NCBI GenBank assembly: GCA_963702425.1
Contig: CAVPCQ010000024.1
Coordinates: 32,001 to 96,000, forward strand
Source of the DNA: an uncultured Acidobacteriota bacterium
Lineage (GTDB): Bacteria > Acidobacteriota > Polarisedimenticolia > J045
Reading direction: 5' to 3'
Length of the DNA: 64,000 nt
In this document: piece by piece, positions 1 to 8,902 of the stretch
Layout of the letters: each line of letters begins with the position of its first letter
Numbering within the stretch: the stretch's first letter is position 1
The notes under the pieces: generated by a model
What the model was told of the DNA's origin: nothing
The model's database searches: none
Seen by the model: the letters and a program-made list of their open reading frames with translations, nothing else
Translations under genes and position numbers: made by a program

Positions 1-342
1 GTCGGTCCAGGTCAGGCGACGCGCCTCGCCGCCGCCGCCCGGCACGCGCCAGAGATCCTTGTTCGACTTCCCACGGGCGAAGTCCTTGACGTCGAGGGCG
101 TAGACGACCCACGCGCCATCCGGGCTGAGCTGCGCGCCCGAAGGGGCCTGGACGCGGTAGAGATCCTCGATCGTGAAGGGGCGCTTCGCGGCGGGAGGCG
201 CGGGCGCGCCGGAAGGCCGCGGGGTGGAGGCCGCGGAGGCGGGGGCAGCGGCGTACGCGGCCGGTCCGGCGAGGGACATGAAGGCCGCGGCCGCTGCGGC
301 ACCGAGCGCACGGAGTCGGCGGGCGCGGGTGTTCGTCGTCAT
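1..342 (-). CDS. S9 family peptidase (dipeptidyl aminopeptidase/acylaminoacyl peptidase), N-terminal part; continues off the left edge
   Basis: Manual translation from ATG 342: signal-peptide-like MTTNTRARRLRALGAAAAAAF, then KRPFTIEDLYRVQAPSGAQLSPDGAWVVY...DLWRV...GGEARRLT, a typical S9 beta-propeller start. Not in the ORF track. Confidence 0.75.
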   Translation of the reverse strand, partial: MTTNTRARRLRALGAAAAAAFMSLAGPAAYAAAPASAASTPRPSGAPAPPAAKRPFTIEDLYRVQAPSGAQLSPDGAWVVYALDVKDFARGKSNKDLWRVPGGGGEARRLTWTD

Positions 343-615
343 GGGGGGCGTTCCTTCCGAGGTCCGGCTGGGGCGGAAAGGCGACGATATCACCCCGCCC
401 GCGGGCCGGCCGCCGGGGCCGGGCCGGGGGGCTGGATGGCGATGGAGCCCGGCCTCGAACGCCAGCGCCAGGGCGAGACTCTCCAGGAGCCTGGCCACGG
501 GCCGCATGCGGTGAAGGGAGCGCTCGGCTTACGGCATGCCCGATTCGTAAGCCCCCCGTCCTTGACGGGGAACCCTCGCCGGGGGGACCGTCCGGTCGGT
601 CGCGGACCGGGGCCC

Positions 616-641
616 TGCAACCTGACCGCGTTCGAGCCGTT
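616..641 (+). promoter_or_regulatory. Putative ECF-sigma autoregulatory promoter
   Basis: TGCAAC-N16-CGTT directly upstream of the ECF sigma ATG; matches the AAC/CGT ECF consensus. Confidence 0.55.
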
Positions 642-654
642 CGTGGGAGTAGAG

Positions 655-1167
655 ATGGAGGCCGAGGCTTACCAGCGGGCGGTGCTGGAGCTCAAGGACC
701 GCGTCTATGGCTACTCGGCCCACCTCCTGCGCGACCGGGAGGAGGCGAAGGACGTGACCCAGGAGGCGCTGATCCGGCTGTGGGAGCACCGGGCCGAGAT
801 TCCCGACCCGGCCGCGGCGAAGCCCTGGCTCCTCAGGACCGCGCACAACCTGTGCATCGACCGGATCCGCCTGCGCCGCACCCGCGCCGCCGCCCATCTG
901 GACGACGTCGCCGAGCCGGCTGCGGGCGAGGCGTCGGCGCCGGACCGCCCGTCCGACGACCGCGCGCGCCGCGCGGAGGTCGAGCGCGCGCTGGGCCGGA
1001 TCCCCCCGCGCGACCGCGCGCTGCTGCTGCTGCGCGAGGTCCACGGCCATTCGTACGAGGAGCTGGCGGGGCTGCTCGACACGCCGATCGGAACGCTGAA
1101 GTCGCTGCTGCACCGGGCCCGGGCGCGCCTGCGTCGCGAGGTCGAGCTGCTGCGGGTGGAGAAATGA
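655..1167 (+). CDS. ECF sigma-70 factor
   Basis: EAKDVTQEALIRLW, WLLRTAHNLCID (region 2); GHSYEELAGLLDTPIGTLKSLLHRAR (region 4). Confidence 0.92.
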   Translation: MEAEAYQRAVLELKDRVYGYSAHLLRDREEAKDVTQEALIRLWEHRAEIPDPAAAKPWLLRTAHNLCIDRIRLRRTRAAAHLDDVAEPAAGEASAPDRPSDDRARRAEVERALGRIPPRDRALLLLREVHGHSYEELAGLLDTPIGTLKSLLHRARARLRREVELLRVEK

Positions 1168-1796
1168 CGACCCTCTCCAACGACTGCCGGACCGCGCGCC
1201 GTACGCTCCTCGCGCGCGAGGACGGGGCGCAGCCGGCGGCCACGCGCGAAGCGCTCGAGCGGCACCTGGCCGCGTGCGCCCCGTGCCGGCGCCGCGCGGT
1301 CGAGATCGATCAAGCGCTCGGCGCGCTGCGCTCGCTCCCGCCGGCCCTTCCCTTCCCCGCCGAAGCTCTCGAGTCCGTCTGGGACCGCACGATCCGGGCC
1401 GAGCCCCGCGCAGCGGCCCCCCCGGTGCTCGACGCGATCCGGTCAGCGCGTCCGCCGCGCGGAGCGCGCGTCACCGGCTGGCGCCTCGCGCTTGCGGCGG
1501 CGGTGCTGCTGGCGGCCGTGCTCGGTCCCTACGTCGCATTCCGCGCGCGCGAGGACGCGGCGCCTGCCGCACCGCAGGCCTCCGCGTCGCTCGGCCCGGA
1601 GGAGCGGCGCGCCGCTGCGGAGCTGCGGCTCGTGCTGGAGCTGACCGACCGCGCGCTGCAGCGCTCGCAGCGCGCCGCCGTCGACGGGGTCCTGCGCCGT
1701 GGCGTGGATCCCGCGTTGCGCCGCGTGCCAGTGCTGCGCGAGATCGTTCCCGACCGACCGTCGTCCCGCGACGGCTCCGTGGAGACCCTGAGATGA
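1164..1796 (+). CDS. Zinc-binding anti-sigma factor (ZAS) with one TM helix
   Basis: HLAACAPC (HxxxCxxC), TM segment LALAAAVLLAAVLGPYVAF, ATGA overlap with the sigma gene. Confidence 0.8.
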   Translation: MTTLSNDCRTARRTLLAREDGAQPAATREALERHLAACAPCRRRAVEIDQALGALRSLPPALPFPAEALESVWDRTIRAEPRAAAPPVLDAIRSARPPRGARVTGWRLALAAAVLLAAVLGPYVAFRAREDAAPAAPQASASLGPEERRAAAELRLVLELTDRALQRSQRAAVDGVLRRGVDPALRRVPVLREIVPDRPSSRDGSVETLR

Positions 1797-2410
1797 CCAT
1801 GCGACACGCCCCTTCCCTGCTCACGAGCGCGCTGCTCGCCGCCGGCCTGCTCGGCGCGGCGCCCGGAGCGGCGCTCGCCGGCGCGGCGTCGCCGGGCGCC
1901 GAAGAACCGATCGGCGCGTCGCTCTCGGCCTTCTTCGATCCCAAGTTCATCGCCGCGGTCGCCGATCCCGACGGGGAGCTGGTCGAGGTGAACCTCCCGG
2001 GCACGCTGCTGCAGGGACTCGCCAAGGGAATGGCCGCGGAGGAGCCCGGTGCGGCGAAAGCGTTGGGCGGGCTCACCGGCGTCAATGCACTGGTCGTCAC
2101 CGTCAAGGCCGACAAGGTCGAGGAAGCGCACCGGCGTGTACGCACGCTCTCGGAGGAGCTCGTCGCGAAGGGCTGGAGCCCGCTGGCGCGCGTGCGCGAC
2201 AAGTCGTCCACCGTGACGGTGCTGTCGGGCAAGGGTGCCGGCGACGGGAGGATCGACGGCCTCGTCGTGCTGGTGTTCGATCGCGAGGACCGCGAGCTGG
2301 TCGTCTGTCACCTGGCCGGAACGTTCGACCTCTCGCAGCTCGGGACGATCACCAGGAGCCTCGACGTTCCCGGGCTCGACGCCCTCGACGGCAGCGCGCA
2401 GAAACCGTAG
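1793..2410 (+). CDS. DUF4252-family exported protein
   Basis: Signal peptide; VEVNLPGTLL, GWSPLARVRD, IDGLVVLV...LVVCHLAGTFDLSQLG..LDVPGL; coupled to the ECF/anti-sigma pair. Confidence 0.7.
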   Translation: MTMRHAPSLLTSALLAAGLLGAAPGAALAGAASPGAEEPIGASLSAFFDPKFIAAVADPDGELVEVNLPGTLLQGLAKGMAAEEPGAAKALGGLTGVNALVVTVKADKVEEAHRRVRTLSEELVAKGWSPLARVRDKSSTVTVLSGKGAGDGRIDGLVVLVFDREDRELVVCHLAGTFDLSQLGTITRSLDVPGLDALDGSAQKP

Positions 2411-2444
2411 TCCGGGGGACCGCTCTCGTGGGCGCGCGGGTGAC

Positions 2445-2816
2445 CTACGCGGTCTGCACGTCGAAATCGCGGACGATCGTCTGCCAGCCGACGATGTCGG
2501 GGTCGTCGAGCGGGTAGATCAGGCAGCCGCAGACCGCCCCGGGAAACGGCGCGGGGCTGATGTGCATCACCAGCAGGTCGGCGAAGACGCGCCGCCCGCC
2601 GATGCGGATCGCGACCTTCTGGATGCACCGTCCCAGCTCGAGGCCCGGCAGGTCTTTCCCGAGCACGAACGACAGCCCCGAGGCGCTGATGTCGCGCACG
2701 GCCATCGCGCAGCGGTGGGCCTCCGGGGTGGGCCACCCGAACTGGACCTGCGCGTCCACCCCGGACGGGATGGAGTGGCGCAGGGCGCGGCGGCGGCATT
2801 CTGTCGATGTGCGCAT
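2445..2816 (-). CDS. Stand-alone PilZ-domain (c-di-GMP-binding) protein
   Basis: RRALR (RxxxR) and DISASG (DxSxxG) motifs in the C-terminal 123 aa of ORF 2445..3938. Confidence 0.65.
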   Translation of the reverse strand: MRTSTECRRRALRHSIPSGVDAQVQFGWPTPEAHRCAMAVRDISASGLSFVLGKDLPGLELGRCIQKVAIRIGGRRVFADLLVMHISPAPFPGAVCGCLIYPLDDPDIVGWQTIVRDFDVQTA

Positions 2817-2903
2817 CTGGGGTTGGTCCAGGGTCAAAGCTAGGTCCCCCCTCCCCGGCGAGCCAGCGCTGCGGGCGGCACCGGGATCGGTCATCCTCCC
2901 GGC

Positions 2904-4082
2904 GTGGCCAGCCCGCCTCCAGACGCCCGCGCGCCGACCCTCCTGCGTCGGGCCCTCCTCGCCTGGTACGACGGCGCCCGCCGCGACCTGCCGTGGCGCC
3001 ACACTCGCGACCCCTACGCGATCTGGATCTCCGAGGTGATGGCGCAGCAGACGACCATCCAGGCGGTGATCCCGTTCTGGGAGCGATTCCTGGCCTCGTT
3101 CCCGGACGTGCGCGCGCTGGCCGCGGCGCCGTTCGACGAGGTCCTGCGCCACTGGGCCGGGCTCGGCTACTACCGGCGCGCGCGCTACCTCCACGCCGCC
3201 GCGCGCACGGTCGTGACGGAGCACGCCGGCGAGTTGCCGCGCACCTCGGCGGGCTGGCTGACCCTTCCCGGGATCGGCAGCTACACCGCTGCCGCGATCG
3301 CGTCGATCGCGTTCGCTGAACCGGTGGCGGTCGTGGACGGCAACGTCGTGCGCGTCCTCGCACGCTTCGACCGCGTCGTCGAGCCGCCGGATCGCGCTCC
3401 GGCCCGCCGTAGGTTCGCGGCCCGCGCCGGTGAGCTGCTCGACCCGGCCCGGCCCGGCGACTCCAACCAGGCGTTGATGGAGCTGGGAGCGACGGTCTGC
3501 ACGCCGCGCGCGCCGCGCTGCCCGGCTTGCCCGTGGACCGGGGCCTGCCTCGCGCGCGCCGCGGGCGACCCGGAGCGGTTTCCCGCCGCGGTCCCCCGCC
3601 CGGAGACAGTCCCGGTCCTGCGCGGTGCCGTGCTCGTGCGCGACCGCCGCGGCCGGGTCCTGCTGCGGCGCATCCCCGAGGGGGAGGTGAACGCCGGCCT
3701 GCTCGAGCTGCCGAGCGCTGCGATCCGCGAGTGGCCCGGCGGCTCGAGCGTCGAGTCGCTCTCTCGAACGACCGACCTCGTGGCGCTCGCACGGCGCAGT
3801 CTCGGCCGCGCGCTCGCGCGCGACGCCGGACTCGCGGTGACGCTGCGCGACGCGCTCGGCACGGAGCGCCACGCGATCACCCATCGCCGGATCACGGTCG
3901 TCCTCTTCGCGGCAACGCTGCGCGGGGCCGCGCCGCACGGTCGGGGCTGGTCGTGGACGGAGCCGGAGGAGTTGCCCGTCGCCGGGCTGACGAGCGCAGC
4001 GCGCAAGCTCTCGCGATTCGTCGAGGGGCCGGCGGAGCCGGAGGCGAAGCCGCCTACGTCGCCGCCGGCTCGACGATCTTGA
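2904..4082 (+). CDS. mutY: A/G-specific adenine glycosylase MutY
   Basis: RDLPWR..DPYAIWISEVMAQQT, WAGLGYYRRA, LPGIGSYTA, VDGNVVRV, C-X6-C-X2-C-X5-C Fe-S motif. Confidence 0.95.
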   Translation: MASPPPDARAPTLLRRALLAWYDGARRDLPWRHTRDPYAIWISEVMAQQTTIQAVIPFWERFLASFPDVRALAAAPFDEVLRHWAGLGYYRRARYLHAAARTVVTEHAGELPRTSAGWLTLPGIGSYTAAAIASIAFAEPVAVVDGNVVRVLARFDRVVEPPDRAPARRRFAARAGELLDPARPGDSNQALMELGATVCTPRAPRCPACPWTGACLARAAGDPERFPAAVPRPETVPVLRGAVLVRDRRGRVLLRRIPEGEVNAGLLELPSAAIREWPGGSSVESLSRTTDLVALARRSLGRALARDAGLAVTLRDALGTERHAITHRRITVVLFAATLRGAAPHGRGWSWTEPEELPVAGLTSAARKLSRFVEGPAEPEAKPPTSPPARRS

Positions 4083-4422
4083 CGTTCCCCTGAAAGATCC
4101 CCCCCTCCTGCACGGAGAGGGACGGGCGCAGCATCTCCAGCTCGCCGGTGAACTTCCCGCCGGTCGCGATCAGGACCGACTCGCGCACCGAGACGTGCCC
4201 GTCGAGCTGGCCGTAGACGGCGAGCGACGCGACCTCGACCCGGCCAGTCACGTGTCCCTTCTCGCCGACGACGAGCGCCTGGCCGCTGAGCTTGACGTTC
4301 TCGACGACCCCTTCGATGCGCAGCGTCCCCTCGAAGCGCAGCTCGCCGCCGGTGAGCTGGCTGCCCTCGCCGAGGCGGCCGTCGGACGCGCCCGAACCGT
4401 TGCTGCCCGGCCGGCGCAGCAT
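4054..4422 (-). CDS. Bactofilin (polymer-forming cytoskeletal protein)
   Basis: GELRFEGTLRIEG..LVVGEKGHVTG..VYGQLDG..LSVQEGGIFQG beta-helix repeats; start overlaps the parB stop. Confidence 0.85.
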   Translation of the reverse strand: MLRRPGSNGSGASDGRLGEGSQLTGGELRFEGTLRIEGVVENVKLSGQALVVGEKGHVTGRVEVASLAVYGQLDGHVSVRESVLIATGGKFTGELEMLRPSLSVQEGGIFQGNVKIVEPAAT

Positions 4423-5336
4423 CAGTGCACCTGGCTGCCGGAAGCGCGCAGCAGCAGGCGGTAGAGCCGGTCGAGGTCGTCGTCGCCGGCGAACCGGATC
4501 TCGATCCGCCCGCGGCCGGCGCGGCTGGTCTGGATCGCCACCTTCGCTCCCAGGGCGCGCGACAGCGTCTTCTCCGCGGCCGCGACGTTGGGGTCGCGGG
4601 CCGCCGCCCCCTCGCGCGGTGCGACCGGGCCGATCGTGTTCGCGCGCCGGACCCGCTCCTCCGTCTCGCGCACCGACCACTTGGACGACGCGGCCTGCCG
4701 GGCCAGCCGAATCGCCTGCTCACGGTCCTCGAGGCCGGCCAGTGCGCGGCCGTGGCCCATCTCCAGCTCACGGTTGTCGAGCAGCTCCTGGACCTCGTCC
4801 GGCAGCTCGAGCAGGCGCAGGAAGTTCGCGACCGAGCTGCGCGGCTTGCCGACGCGCTCGGCCACCTCGGCCTGCGTCAGCCCGAACTCGCGGATCAGCG
4901 TGCGGAAGCCGCGCGCCGTCTCGAGCGGCGCCAGGTCGTCGCGCTGCAGGTTCTCGACCAGCGCGATCGCGAGCATCTGGTCGTCGGTCAACCGGCGCAC
5001 CGTGACCGGGATCCGCTCGAGCCCCGCCTTGCGTGCCGCGCGCCAACGCCGCTCGCCGGCGACGAGCGTGAAGGTGCCGTCCCTCTCCTCGCGCACGATC
5101 AGCGGCTGCAGCACGCCGCTCTGCCGGATCGACGCCGCGAGGTCGGCGATCTCCTCCTCGTCGAAGCGCTTGCGCGGCTGACGGGGGTTGGGGCGGATGC
5201 GGTCGATCGGCAGCTCGCGCGCCCCGCCGGGCGCGGTGACGGGCGCGGACTCGACCAGCGCGTCGGCCGCGGGGGCATCGGGAATCAGGCTGCTGAGGCC
5301 CTTACCCAACGCTCGGCGCTTCGGTTCGACCTTCAC
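4422..5336 (-). CDS. parB: Chromosome partitioning protein ParB/Spo0J
   Basis: ALGKGLSSLI, PNPRQPR, GVLQPL, AGERRWRAA, ALVENLQR, HTH; GTG start at 5336. Confidence 0.95.
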   Translation of the reverse strand: MKVEPKRRALGKGLSSLIPDAPAADALVESAPVTAPGGARELPIDRIRPNPRQPRKRFDEEEIADLAASIRQSGVLQPLIVREERDGTFTLVAGERRWRAARKAGLERIPVTVRRLTDDQMLAIALVENLQRDDLAPLETARGFRTLIREFGLTQAEVAERVGKPRSSVANFLRLLELPDEVQELLDNRELEMGHGRALAGLEDREQAIRLARQAASSKWSVRETEERVRRANTIGPVAPREGAAARDPNVAAAEKTLSRALGAKVAIQTSRAGRGRIEIRFAGDDDLDRLYRLLLRASGSQVH

Positions 5337-6090
5337 GGCTGAGTATCTCCTTGGCGAGATCGAGGTAGGCCTCGGCCCCCTTCGAGCGGCCGTCGTACAT
5401 GAAGATCGGCTTACCGAACGAGGGCGCTTCGCCAAGCCGGATGTTGCGCGGGATGACGGTCGTGTAGACGGCGCCCTTGAAGAAGTTGTAGACCTCCTGC
5501 GCGACCTGGCGCGAGAGGTTGGTGCGCTCGTCGTACATCGTCAGCAGCACCCCTTCGACCGCGAGGCGCGGGTTGAGCGCCTTCTTCACGCGGCGCAGCG
5601 TCTCGATCAGCTGCGTCACCCCTTCGAGCGCGAGGTACTCGCACTGGATCGGGATCAGCACCGCGTCGGCGGCGGTCAGAGCGTTGACGGTCAGGAAGCC
5701 CAGCGACGGCGGGCAGTCGACGAGAACGAAGTCGTACCGCTCGCGCACGGCGCCCAGGATCTCGGTGAGGCGGAACTCGCGGCGCGGCAGCCCCTGCAGC
5801 TCGACCTCCGCCCCGGTCAGCTCGTTCTCGGAGGGACACAGAGAGAGGTTCTCGAGGTCGGTCGCGAGCAGCGTCTCCTCGATCGGAAACCCCTCGATCA
5901 GCGCGTCGTAGATCGTGCGCCGCTCCGGGTTGCGCTCGAAGCCCAGCGCGCGGGTGCTGTTGGCCTGCGGGTCGAGGTCGACGAGCAGCGTGCGGCGCCC
6001 GGCCAGGGCGAGCCCGGCACCGAGGTTGACGGAGGTCGTCGTCTTGCCGACCCCACCTTTCTGGTTGGCGACAGCGATCGTGCGCGACAT
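5302..6090 (-). CDS. parA: Chromosome partitioning ATPase ParA/Soj
   Basis: NQKGGVGKTT deviant Walker A, DLDPQAN, DCPPSLG, IPRNIRLGEAPSFG. Confidence 0.96.
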   Translation of the reverse strand: MSRTIAVANQKGGVGKTTTSVNLGAGLALAGRRTLLVDLDPQANSTRALGFERNPERRTIYDALIEGFPIEETLLATDLENLSLCPSENELTGAEVELQGLPRREFRLTEILGAVRERYDFVLVDCPPSLGFLTVNALTAADAVLIPIQCEYLALEGVTQLIETLRRVKKALNPRLAVEGVLLTMYDERTNLSRQVAQEVYNFFKGAVYTTVIPRNIRLGEAPSFGKPIFMYDGRSKGAEAYLDLAKEILSREGRTEAPSVG

Positions 6091-6206
6091 GCGGGGGGAC
6101 CCTAAATTCGGAAGGCCGGATCGTAGCACAGGGGGGTCACGCTGACCCTGCCCTTGCCCCTGGTCGGATGGCTTACATGAGTGGTTGGAGGGGTTCTGTT
6201 CTTTAT

Positions 6207-6231
6207 TAAGTTGTTGATAATAAACAATTTA
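6207..6231. promoter_or_regulatory. AT-rich quasi-palindrome containing an IHF-consensus site
   Basis: TAAGTTGTTGATAATAAACAATTTA; the minus strand reads TATCAACAACTTA = WATCAANNNNTTR. Confidence 0.5.
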
Positions 6232-6247
6232 AACTGGGCTCCGGAAA

Positions 6248-6263
6248 TGTTCCACGTGGAACA
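6248..6263. promoter_or_regulatory. parS site 1
   Basis: Perfect palindrome TGTTCCACGTGGAACA upstream of parA. Confidence 0.93.
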
Positions 6264-6294
6264 TCGTGCCGTTCTGAGGGCGGTCGGACCCGGA

Positions 6295-6310
6295 TGTTCC
6301 ACGTGGAACA
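6295..6310. promoter_or_regulatory. parS site 2
   Basis: Second identical TGTTCCACGTGGAACA, starting 47 bp after the first. Confidence 0.93.
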
Positions 6311-6374
6311 ATCCCCTGCGCCGGGCACCTCCGGGGAGGAGACCGTAAGATCTCGCGCCCGGAGAGGAGTCGCG

Positions 6375-8216
6375 GTGCGGACCCGAGACCCCGTGGTTGT
6401 GATCGGCGGCGGCCACGCCGGAGTGGAAGCGGCGGCGGCGGCGGCGCGCCTCGGGGTCGAGGTCGTTCTGCTGACGCTCGACCCCGGGTCGCTCGTCCGG
6501 CTCTCGTGCAACCCGGCCATCGGCGGGATCGGCAAGGGCCACCTGGTGCGGGAAATCGACGCCCTGGGGGGGGTGATGGGACTCGCGGCGGACACCGCTG
6601 GCACCCACTTCCGGTTGCTCAACCGGAGCCGCGGCCCGGCGGTCCAGGGGCCGCGGGCCCAGCAGGACTACGATCGCTACCCCGCCGCCGTCCAGCGGAT
6701 GATCGAGGCCGACGGCCGGATCGAGCTTCAGGCGGGGGAAGCGACCGGGTTGCGGGTCGAGAACGGGCGAATCGCGGGGGTCGACAGCGCGGACGGGCGG
6801 CACTTCCCGGCCTCCTCGGTGGTACTGACGACCGGGACCTTCCTGCGGGGCCTGCTGTTCCAGGGAGAGACGGTCACCCCGGGCGGGCGAGCAGGAGAGT
6901 CCCCGTCCGACACCCTCTCGGCGGCCCTCGAGGCCCTTGGCCTCCGTCTGGAACGCTTCAAGACCGGCACGCCACCGCGACTCTGGCGGCGATCCCTCGA
7001 TCCTGCGCAGTTCGAGGAACAGCCCGGGGATGAGCGGCCGGTCCCGTTCTCGTTCCTGAACCTGGGGGACGATCCCTTCTGCCCGGTGCTGCCGCAGCTC
7101 ACGACATGGCTCGCGTACTCCAACGAGCGGGTCCACGCGCTGGTTCGGGCGGGGCTCGATCGCTCCCCGCTCTACACCGGAAAGATCCGGGCGAAGGGGC
7201 CGCGCTACTGTCCTTCCTTCGAGGACAAGGTCGTGCGCTTCGCGGATCGCGAGCGCCACCTCCTGCACCTCGAACCGATGGGGATCGACCACCCCTGGGT
7301 CTACGTGAACGGGCTTTCCACCAGCCTTCCGCCGGAGATCCAGGCCGAGCTGGTCGCTTCGATCGACGGGCTCGAACGGGCTGAGGTCGCGCGCTGGGGG
7401 TACGCGGTCGAGTACGACTTCGCGCCGCCGACCCAGCTCCTCCCGAACCTCGGGGCGCGTTCGATCCCGGGCCTCTACCTCGCCGGGCAGATCTGCGGCA
7501 CCACCGGCTACGAGGAGGCGGCCGGCCTCGGACTGATCGCGGGTGCGAACGCGGGGTTGGCCGCCCAGGGCCGCGACCCGTGGGTCCCTGATCGTTTCGA
7601 GTCGTACCTGGGGGTGATGGTCGACGACCTGACGACGGTCGGGGTGCTGGAGCCCTACCGGATGTTCACCTCCCGCGCCGAGCTCCGCCTCTCGCTCTCG
7701 GCCGACTCGGCCGACCGCCGCCTCAGCGCCGCCGGGGAGCACCTGGGGCTCGTTCCGGCCGGCCGCGCGGCCCGCAGCAGGGCGCGCTGGGAACGAATCG
7801 AGCGGGCCCGGTGTGCCCTTGACGGGGCAGCCGACCTGCGCGGTACGCGCGGCGCAGCGCCGGCTGACCGGATCCGGCGCGGCGACCTGCCGGAGCAGGT
7901 CTTCGTCGATCACCTCCCGCCGGACCTCCGGCTGCCGGACAGCGACGCCGGGACGCTGGCGGGGCTGCTGCGCTACCGTGGGTACCTCGACCGGGAGCGG
8001 CGCGAGGCTGAGCGCCTGGCCGACGCCGAGCGGGTCCGGATTCCGGGCGATTTCGGCTACGACGGGCTCTCCGGCCTCTCCAACGAGTTGCGCGAGCGGC
8101 TTTCCGAGGTTCGGCCCGCGTCGCTCGGACAGGCCTCGCGAATCCCGGGGATGACGCCGGCAGCCCTGGGCCTGCTCGTTGCCGCGATCGGCCAGCGCGC
8201 CCGGACGGCGTCGTGA
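6375..8216 (+). CDS. mnmG: tRNA uridine-5-carboxymethylaminomethyl modification enzyme MnmG (GidA)
   Basis: VIGGGHAGVEAA, SCNPAIGGIGKG, RFKTGTPPR, GPRYCPSFEDK, GTTGYEEAA, EPYRMFTSRAE; GTG after a GGAGAGGAG RBS. Confidence 0.95.
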   Translation: MRTRDPVVVIGGGHAGVEAAAAAARLGVEVVLLTLDPGSLVRLSCNPAIGGIGKGHLVREIDALGGVMGLAADTAGTHFRLLNRSRGPAVQGPRAQQDYDRYPAAVQRMIEADGRIELQAGEATGLRVENGRIAGVDSADGRHFPASSVVLTTGTFLRGLLFQGETVTPGGRAGESPSDTLSAALEALGLRLERFKTGTPPRLWRRSLDPAQFEEQPGDERPVPFSFLNLGDDPFCPVLPQLTTWLAYSNERVHALVRAGLDRSPLYTGKIRAKGPRYCPSFEDKVVRFADRERHLLHLEPMGIDHPWVYVNGLSTSLPPEIQAELVASIDGLERAEVARWGYAVEYDFAPPTQLLPNLGARSIPGLYLAGQICGTTGYEEAAGLGLIAGANAGLAAQGRDPWVPDRFESYLGVMVDDLTTVGVLEPYRMFTSRAELRLSLSADSADRRLSAAGEHLGLVPAGRAARSRARWERIERARCALDGAADLRGTRGAAPADRIRRGDLPEQVFVDHLPPDLRLPDSDAGTLAGLLRYRGYLDRERREAERLADAERVRIPGDFGYDGLSGLSNELRERLSEVRPASLGQASRIPGMTPAALGLLVAAIGQRARTAS

Positions 8217-8872
8217 AGCCCCAGAGGCTGCCACCGTCGGCCGATGAACTGGCACGCGCCGTCGCCGACGGCTGGGACCGAATGGGGGGAGCACCCCTCG
8301 CCCCCGCCCTGGCGGGACGGATCGGGGGGCAGCTGAACCTGCTGTATCTCTGGAACCGTCGGTTCAACCTGACCGCGATTCGCGATCCGCTCGAGGGGGT
8401 GCGCCGGCACGCGCTCGAGGCGCTCGAGGCGACGCTCGTCCCGGGGCTGCCGGAAGGAGGGCTGCTCGTCGATCTCGGCAGCGGGAACGGCTTTCCAGCA
8501 CTGCCGATCCTGGCGGCGCGGCCGGCCCTCTCCGGGCTGCTGGTCGAGAGTTCCGCGCGCAAGGTGGACTTCCTGCGCGCCGCGGCGCGCGAGAGCGGGC
8601 TCGCGGACCGGGTGCGAGTCGAACAGCTCACCTTCGCCCGGATCGAGCAGCTTCCTCCGGAGATCGCGGTCCTGACCCTGCGCGGTTTCCCCGATCCAGA
8701 GCGCTGGGTCCTGGAGGCGGGGGTTCAACGGCCGGCCGCAGCGGTCCTGGCCTGGCTGTCGCTCGATGACGCCTCGCGCATCGCACGGCTTCTCGAGCAG
8801 CGGGGAGCCCGGGCCGAGGTGCGTCCGCTCCGCTCCTCGGGCACGGGGGCGATCCTTCGGACCGGGGGCTAG
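8213..8872 (+). CDS. rsmG: 16S rRNA m7G527 methyltransferase RsmG (GidB)
   Basis: WNRRFNLTAIRD, VDLGSGNGFP, ESSARKVDFL; follows mnmG. Confidence 0.9.
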   Translation: MKPQRLPPSADELARAVADGWDRMGGAPLAPALAGRIGGQLNLLYLWNRRFNLTAIRDPLEGVRRHALEALEATLVPGLPEGGLLVDLGSGNGFPALPILAARPALSGLLVESSARKVDFLRAAARESGLADRVRVEQLTFARIEQLPPEIAVLTLRGFPDPERWVLEAGVQRPAAAVLAWLSLDDASRIARLLEQRGARAEVRPLRSSGTGAILRTGG

Positions 8873-8902
8873 CGCGACCGGCCGCGGGCGGCCGCGGCGG
8901 CG

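Noticed and set aside
6102-8294. 730-aa ORF antisense to mnmG, and similar long antisense ORFs opposite gyrA (32853..35345), rpoD (43104..44507) and the FAAL gene (55076..58612)
   Set aside because: Shadow ORFs expected from high GC and strong codon bias; they have no motifs and the opposite strand carries clear conserved genes.
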